From the NCBI GenBank assembly GCA_903822075.1, contig CAIJNK010000011.1, forward strand, positions 504-64,503: DNA of 64,000 nucleotides. The letters run 5' to 3'. The notes under the pieces were generated by a model, which searched no databases, was not told where the DNA came from, and saw nothing but the letters and a program-made list of their open reading frames with translations. This stretch comes from an uncultured bacterium. Lineage in GTDB: Bacteria; Patescibacteriota; Minisyncoccia; Phycocordibacterales; GWA1-40-21. Shown here one piece after another: positions 58,718-64,000 of the stretch (positions are counted from its first letter, which is position 1; each line of letters begins with the position of its first letter). A program made the translations under genes and the position numbers.

Positions 58718-59503
58718 TTAGAAGTTGCCCGTTACGGCCATGGCAATGCTGATTACTCCACCTTGCCGAGGATCTTTTGGACCAGCGTCCCCGAGCGGAA
58801 TAACTCCCGTGACATCCACGGCGTTCCACTGTAAGGATTTGCTCAAGGGGATCTTGATCCCACACTGTGCTTGTCCGGACAGCAGCTCGCTAAATGGAGC
58901 CATCTCGTTATTCCATTGTAGGCTAAGCCGATCATAAGCCAAGAAGCCAACAGCCTCCCCTAGCCGATATTCGTGCGTCACGCTTGGTATGATCGACACC
59001 ATACCATTGTTCGCATCACGCACATAGTTCCAGTATTCGACCCGGATCTCAGCACCGACAGCGTTGCGCTCGTCGCATTTCCACTTCCGGCCCAAGAACA
59101 CGTCATACGCCAGAACGTCATTCCCGTTCCCCGTACCTACCGGATATCCGTCGCACCATTTCAGACGGAATTTCAGATAACCGCTGTTTGGCAGGATGAT
59201 TTTCTTCCACAAGCAAGCGTCGAACTCATCCCCCTTGTCCCCGTCCAGATCAGCATTGTTCAGCCCGGCGTATTCGATCAGCTCAGCCGCAAACCCCTGC
59301 GGCAAATTCAGCCAACCGTCAACCATCGCCTGGGGCTTGTCGTACTTATCGAACGAAATGGTCGGGTGGATGTTTTTCGTTTGAACCATCATCGTCATAC
59401 TGCCACTCGGCACCCAGTCGGTCGTCGGCACCGCTTTGGCACCGAACGCAACGAGCCCAACCAACACTACCATCGCCATCATTTTCAACGTACTCTTCTT
59501 CAC
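58718..59503 (-). CDS. secreted beta-rich protein, putative outer-membrane beta-barrel (paralog of 51837..52643)
   Basis: 261 aa; signal peptide, C-terminal ...VTGNF (aromatic terminal residue), shared blocks with the paralog. High GC; immediately next to the low-GC dnaE. Confidence 0.45.
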   Translation of the reverse strand: MKKSTLKMMAMVVLVGLVAFGAKAVPTTDWVPSGSMTMMVQTKNIHPTISFDKYDKPQAMVDGWLNLPQGFAAELIEYAGLNNADLDGDKGDEFDACLWKKIILPNSGYLKFRLKWCDGYPVGTGNGNDVLAYDVFLGRKWKCDERNAVGAEIRVEYWNYVRDANNGMVSIIPSVTHEYRLGEAVGFLAYDRLSLQWNNEMAPFSELLSGQAQCGIKIPLSKSLQWNAVDVTGVIPLGDAGPKDPRQGGVISIAMAVTGNF

Positions 59504-59562
59504 TCTCTCATCTCCTTCTGCGGATTGTCCGCCAACATCACTTGACTAAGTGAACTCTTAGT

Positions 59563-59594
59563 AGTATAGCATACTCTGGTTTAAAAGTCAAGCG
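59563..59594 (-). promoter_or_regulatory. sigma70-like promoter (TTGACTTTT-N-ATGCTATACT) for 58718..59503
   Basis: Minus strand TTGACTTTTAAACCAGAGTATGCTATACT. Confidence 0.5.
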
Positions 59595-59663
59595 ATGGAA
59601 TAGGCTTAAAAAATAAGTAAAGTAAAGGTTTATCATTTTAACTTTATAGACTATAATGCCCAC

Positions 59664-62600
59664 ATGTCCTCCAAATTTATTCATCTGCATGTACATTCCC
59701 ACTATTCTCTGCTTAATGCCTTACCAAAAATTCCGGAGTTGGTAAAAGAAGCCAAGAAGTACGGCATGAACGCTCTGGCTTTGACGGATAATGCCAACCT
59801 CTACGGCGCCATAGAATTTTACAAAGCCTGTAAGAAAGCGGAGATAAAACCAATACTGGGTTCAGATTTTTATATGGCCGCCCGAACCAGATTTGACAAA
59901 CAAGGTGGGGTGGACAACCGACGCTCCCGCTTGATACTTTTAGTAAAAGATTTATCTGGTTATCATAACCTGATAAAACTAGTCACTCAGGCCAACCTGG
60001 AAGGTTTTTATTACAAGCCGCGAATCGATAAGGAATTAATAGAAAAATATAGTGAGGGACTGATTTGTATCTCCCCGTCTTTCTCGGGTGCCACCACGCA
60101 AGCTTTGAAAAATGGCAATATCGAAGAAGCGCACCGATTAATTTCCTGGTACAAACAGATTTACGGCAAGGAGAATTTCTACTTGGAATTAACTCATCAT
60201 CCGGAAATCGAAGGGCACGAGGAAATTATGAAAAAGATTATCCGATTGGCGCATGAAACCAACACTCCCTTGGTCGCCGCTCATGACACCTACTACTTGC
60301 ACCAGGAAGACAAGAAAGCCAGAGACACCTTAATGCTAGTAAACACAGCCGGTGACTTTTCCGACAAGAACTCTGACAGTAATGAAGAAGATTTCTCTTT
60401 CATTGATCAGGAGCGCGCGGAGATACTTTTTGCCGATACGCCGGAGGCTTTGGCTAATACGGTAAAAATTGCAGAGCGATGTAACTTAGAATTAAAACTT
60501 GGCACCTGGGTCTTTCCAGATTTTAAAGTGGAGAGCGGATTAAAACCAGATGATGAATTGAAAAGATTGGCTTACGAAGGTTTTAAGGTGCGCGGTTTGG
60601 AACAAACAAAAGAGTATGTGGATCGTCTGGAATACGAACTTAAGGTGATTAAAGACAAAGGTTACTCCCCTTATTTTTTAGTGGTGGCCGACTTGCTGCA
60701 CTTTGCTCATGCTCATAATATTTTGACAAACATCAGAGGATCGGTGGCCGGCTCTCTAACTACTTATCTGACAAAAATTACGAACGTGGACCCAATTGAT
60801 TTCAAACTGCCGTTCGAAAGATTTCTAAACCCTGAACGCCCCTCCGCTCCCGATATTGATATGGACTACGCAGATAATCGGCGGGATGAAGTGATTGCTT
60901 ACGCCAAAACCAAATATGGGGCGGATAAGGTGGCGCAAATCGGTACTTTTGGAACCATGATGGCGCGCGGTTCGGTGAAAGATGTGGCCAGAGCAATGGG
61001 TTTTCCTTATACTCTCGGTGACCGTATTTCCAAGCTTATTCCAATGGGCGCGCAGGGTTTTCCAATGACTATCGATAAGGCTTTGACCGACGTGGCAGAA
61101 TTAAAAAAAATGTATGACGAAGAAGAGGATGTAAAAACGATTATTGATATGGCGAAAAAAGTGGAGGGTTGTGCTCGACACATTTCTGTTCATGCTGCTG
61201 GTGTAGTGATGGCTCCCAGTCCCCTCACGGATTTTACCGCTCTGCAGTTTGATACAAAAGGTGAAGAAAAGATTATCACTCAATATGACATGCACGCCGT
61301 GGAAGATGCCGGGCTTTTGAAGTTTGATTTTTTGGGCATTAAGAACTTGGCCATACTTTCGAATGCCGTAACTTTGGCTAAGAAAATCGACGGGGTGGAA
61401 GTAGATATTGAAAACATTCCGATGAATGACGCTAAAACTTTTGAACTATTGGCTAAAGGTGAGACTACTGGTCTTTTCCAGCTGAACGGCACAGGGATGA
61501 CCAAATACCTGAAAGAGTTGAAACCTTCTACCATTCATGATATCAACGCCATGGTAGCTCTCTATCGTCCTGGACCGCTCGACTCCATTCCGGAATATAT
61601 TAAAAGAAAACATAATTCTCGGACGATTCGTTTCTTGGATCCGCGCATGAAAGAAATTCTGGCACAGTCTTTCGGAGTGATCACTTACCAAGATGACGTC
61701 ATGCTAATTGCTATAAAACTGGGTGGCTATTCCTGGCTCGAAGCCGATAAGCTCCGTAAGGCTATGGGTAAGAAAATCCCAGCCGAAATGGAGGCTCAAA
61801 AAAGCAAACTTAAAGAAGGTCTTTTGAAAAACGGCATGACTCAGGAAAAAGCGGATGAATTGTGGGCACTAATTGAACCCTTTGCCGCCTATGGATTTAA
61901 CAAAGCACATGCAGCGAGCTATGGCCGGGTGGCCTATCAAACCGCCTACATGAAAGCCAACTTCCCAGCCACCTATATGGCCAGTGTTTTGACGGCAGAT
62001 TCCGGCGATGTGGAAAAAATTGCCGAATTTATCAACGATTGCAAAAGAATGGACATACCAGTGCTCCCGCCAAATATCAATGAAAGCTTTCAGGCTTTCA
62101 CCGTCATCAAAGCCAAACTGCCGGGGGAAAAAGATACCATCCGTTTCGGACTGACCACCATCAAAAACTTTGGTGAAGGTATTGCTAACAGCATCATTGA
62201 AGAAAGAAAAAAAAATGGCAAGTTTATTTCTTTGGCCAATTTTCTGGACCGGATCAAGGACCGAAATTTGAACAAAAAATCACTAGAGGCTTTGATCAAG
62301 GCCGGTGCCATGGATGAATTTGGCGAGCGCGGAATTATGCTTGCTAATGTAGAAAATATGCTCACTTATTCGAAGGAGGCCGGAAAAATGTCTGAGAATC
62401 AGGACTCACTTTTTGGCGCCTATATAACAGAAATGGGTGACGTAAATAATTTCAAGCTGCAAGAGGCACCAGCCGCGTTGCCACTCGAAAAATTAGGCTG
62501 GGAAAGAGAACTCCTAGGTTTGTATCTCTCCGGCCATCCGCTAGATAAATTCAAAAAAATTATTGACGAGAAAAATTACAGTATAAAAAATATAAAAACT

Positions 62601-62861
62601 GAGCCTAAAGAAGGCAAAGAAGTTACAGTGGCCGGCATAATAGAAGAAGTTCGAGAAATCACTACGAAAAAAGGTGACCCCATGGCTTTTGTCAAATTAT
62701 CCGATTATTTTGAAACCCTGGAAACTGTAGTCTTTCCAAAGACCATGGCACAACTAAAATCTCTCCTGATAAAAGATAAGTGTGTGGCAATTAAAGGTAA
62801 AGTCTCCTTACGTAATGGCGAGGTAACCCTCATAGTGGATAAGATGAAAGAATTGGTCTAA
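59664..62861 (+). CDS. dnaE: DNA polymerase III subunit alpha (short form)
   Basis: 1065 aa; PHP domain (HLHVHSHYSLLNA), polymerase core (catalytic Asp region PDIDMDY), HhH and OB regions. Confidence 0.95.
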   Translation: MSSKFIHLHVHSHYSLLNALPKIPELVKEAKKYGMNALALTDNANLYGAIEFYKACKKAEIKPILGSDFYMAARTRFDKQGGVDNRRSRLILLVKDLSGYHNLIKLVTQANLEGFYYKPRIDKELIEKYSEGLICISPSFSGATTQALKNGNIEEAHRLISWYKQIYGKENFYLELTHHPEIEGHEEIMKKIIRLAHETNTPLVAAHDTYYLHQEDKKARDTLMLVNTAGDFSDKNSDSNEEDFSFIDQERAEILFADTPEALANTVKIAERCNLELKLGTWVFPDFKVESGLKPDDELKRLAYEGFKVRGLEQTKEYVDRLEYELKVIKDKGYSPYFLVVADLLHFAHAHNILTNIRGSVAGSLTTYLTKITNVDPIDFKLPFERFLNPERPSAPDIDMDYADNRRDEVIAYAKTKYGADKVAQIGTFGTMMARGSVKDVARAMGFPYTLGDRISKLIPMGAQGFPMTIDKALTDVAELKKMYDEEEDVKTIIDMAKKVEGCARHISVHAAGVVMAPSPLTDFTALQFDTKGEEKIITQYDMHAVEDAGLLKFDFLGIKNLAILSNAVTLAKKIDGVEVDIENIPMNDAKTFELLAKGETTGLFQLNGTGMTKYLKELKPSTIHDINAMVALYRPGPLDSIPEYIKRKHNSRTIRFLDPRMKEILAQSFGVITYQDDVMLIAIKLGGYSWLEADKLRKAMGKKIPAEMEAQKSKLKEGLLKNGMTQEKADELWALIEPFAAYGFNKAHAASYGRVAYQTAYMKANFPATYMASVLTADSGDVEKIAEFINDCKRMDIPVLPPNINESFQAFTVIKAKLPGEKDTIRFGLTTIKNFGEGIANSIIEERKKNGKFISLANFLDRIKDRNLNKKSLEALIKAGAMDEFGERGIMLANVENMLTYSKEAGKMSENQDSLFGAYITEMGDVNNFKLQEAPAALPLEKLGWERELLGLYLSGHPLDKFKKIIDEKNYSIKNIKTEPKEGKEVTVAGIIEEVREITTKKGDPMAFVKLSDYFETLETVVFPKTMAQLKSLLIKDKCVAIKGKVSLRNGEVTLIVDKMKELV

Positions 62862-62875
62862 ACAAAACACTAAGA

Positions 62876-63109
62876 CTAGAATTTGGCTTTTTCCTCCTCT
62901 TTTTTCAAGAATTGATCGAATATCTTATTCCAGAGGCTTAAATTTCTGGTAACCGGATTGGCGTAAATACCTAAGGAAGCCAAAAATACCAAAAGAAAAG
63001 CAGCCATACCCACGTCCATCGAGTTTTCAATGGCGTAAAGGGCCACGTAGAAAAAGAAGTACCAAATGACAATTTCAAAAATCCACCAAAATATTTTCTT
63101 TATTAGCAT
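62876..63109 (-). CDS. small membrane protein (two TM)
   Basis: 77 aa; two hydrophobic helices; convergent with dnaE. Confidence 0.3.
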   Translation of the reverse strand: MLIKKIFWWIFEIVIWYFFFYVALYAIENSMDVGMAAFLLVFLASLGIYANPVTRNLSLWNKIFDQFLKKEEEKAKF

Positions 63110-63288
63110 ACCTTAATAATATGCTTCCCCCATGAAAATGCAATGAAGGATTTTTAAATAATTCCAAAATCAAAGAATCAAAGTGCGCCATGGCGTACTT
63201 GAGATTCACTATGGTTAATCTCATAAAGTTAAGACTTAAAACCCCGCCAAACTCCGGTGAGCAAGGCGGGGGGGAGCAGTATTGTTCC

Positions 63289-63657
63289 TCAAGACTTGTA
63301 GGGACTAGCTGGAATGATGGCTTCGATTTCTTCCTTAGCGGGAGAAAGCTGAGCGGAATCGCGAGGTTTTGTCAAAGGCCCCTTCCTTAGACACGCCACC
63401 CCGTAGTCTAAATCCATATCTGCCCCGACCAACCCAAGAAGCTCATCGAAATGCGTCGTTCCACCCTCGCTGCACATATCATGAAAACCAGCGACGACTT
63501 TATTTGTTTCGGTCAAAACCAGCCGCACGTCACGAGTCAAACCTTGGCTCTGCCGAATGAGCCAAATTAAGCACTTTCTGGTAAACTCATCGGCATCTTT
63601 CGACCTCCAAACCAGAAACTCGAGGTAATCAAGTTGGCGCTGACTAATCTTGGACAT
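63289..63657 (-). CDS. hypothetical protein
   Basis: 122 aa; about 50% GC; preceded by minus-strand TTGACA-16-TATATT at about 63715..63745. Confidence 0.3.
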   Translation of the reverse strand: MSKISQRQLDYLEFLVWRSKDADEFTRKCLIWLIRQSQGLTRDVRLVLTETNKVVAGFHDMCSEGGTTHFDELLGLVGADMDLDYGVACLRKGPLTKPRDSAQLSPAKEEIEAIIPASPYKS

Positions 63658-63884
63658 GAATCCTCCTTCCCCTAGAGTCTGCTAGGTCAGATACTTGGTT
63701 TCGAACAACATTCTGTTATTAAATATACACTCGTGATGTAAAATGTCAATCTGGACGATACAATTAAAAAGACTTATGATTAAATAAGTAGAGATTGTTA
63801 CGGCTACCAACCGTGATTCAGAAATGAACCGAAAGGCTAATCTACACAAAGAGAAAAAAGTCAGGTGGAACCGCGAAATTGACT

Positions 63885-63924
63885 CGCCCCGACAAAAAGT
63901 GAAACTTCATTTTTTGTCGGGGCG
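63885..63924 (+). terminator. strong hairpin with downstream T-rich tract (plus-strand terminator; no annotated plus-strand gene upstream)
   Basis: CGCCCCGACAAAAA-GTGAAACTTCA-TTTTTGTCGGGGCG followed by ATTTTGATTTTT. Confidence 0.4.
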
Positions 63925-64000
63925 ATTTTGATTTTTGCACTTCAAAAATCATGTCGAAAGATTTTCTTTAACAAAGTTAAATAAAATTTTTGACTTGTTT

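Noticed and set aside
63680-63715. GTTCGAAACC resembling a tRNA T-loop
   Set aside because: The flanking sequence cannot form a T-stem, acceptor stem or anticodon arm. No cloverleaf is possible on either strand.
63830-63890. SRP-RNA-like motif GTCAGGT
   Set aside because: Only 7 nt match the 4.5S helix-8 consensus; the GGAAGCAGC partner is missing. Kept only as a weak small-RNA possibility, not called as SRP RNA.

Overview
This 64 kb window is compositionally mosaic. The two ends (1-36,000 and 59,600-64,000, roughly 42-46% GC) carry a streamlined core gene set that looks like Patescibacteria/CPR: a tandem array of five small VirB2/TrbC-like membrane proteins, gyrA, rpsA with four S1 domains, gyrB, short pheT and pheS, dnaG-rpoD, rpoC, rpoB, a cold-shock protein, a marR-hlyD-hlyD-MFS efflux operon and a short dnaE. 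Between them, at about 36,050-53,800 and again at 58,700-59,550, lies a GC-rich (~55-58%) island. Nearly all island genes are on the minus strand. It encodes an L-rhamnose-isomerase-like TIM barrel, L-fucose isomerase (fucI, which appears frameshifted at its 5' end), a NitT/TauT-type ABC transporter, TelA, an XpaC-like protein, an AAA+ ATPase, two PBP-OmpA fusion proteins, a vWA lipoprotein and two paralogous secreted beta-rich putative outer-membrane proteins. Each island gene sits between its own AT-rich sigma70-like promoter and an intrinsic terminator. A lower-GC patch inside the island (53,876-58,600) carries a Pif1-like helicase and two methyltransferases. Other notable structures: a two-gene insertion (rhuM plus an exported protein) bounded by a duplicated 13-codon dnaG 5' end; a paralogous exported-protein gene that splits rpoB from rpoC; two structurally parallel promoter-small ORF-terminator cassettes flanking a methyltransferase; and a conserved ~55-nt leader shared by the rhamnose-isomerase-like gene and fucI. 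No rRNA, tRNA or CRISPR array was seen. Regulatory-element coordinates are approximate to about ±5 nt, because my base-level reading disagreed with the ORF track by 1 nt in two test ORFs near the left end and by a possible 6-nt/two-codon difference at the fucI start. CDS coordinates follow the ORF track.
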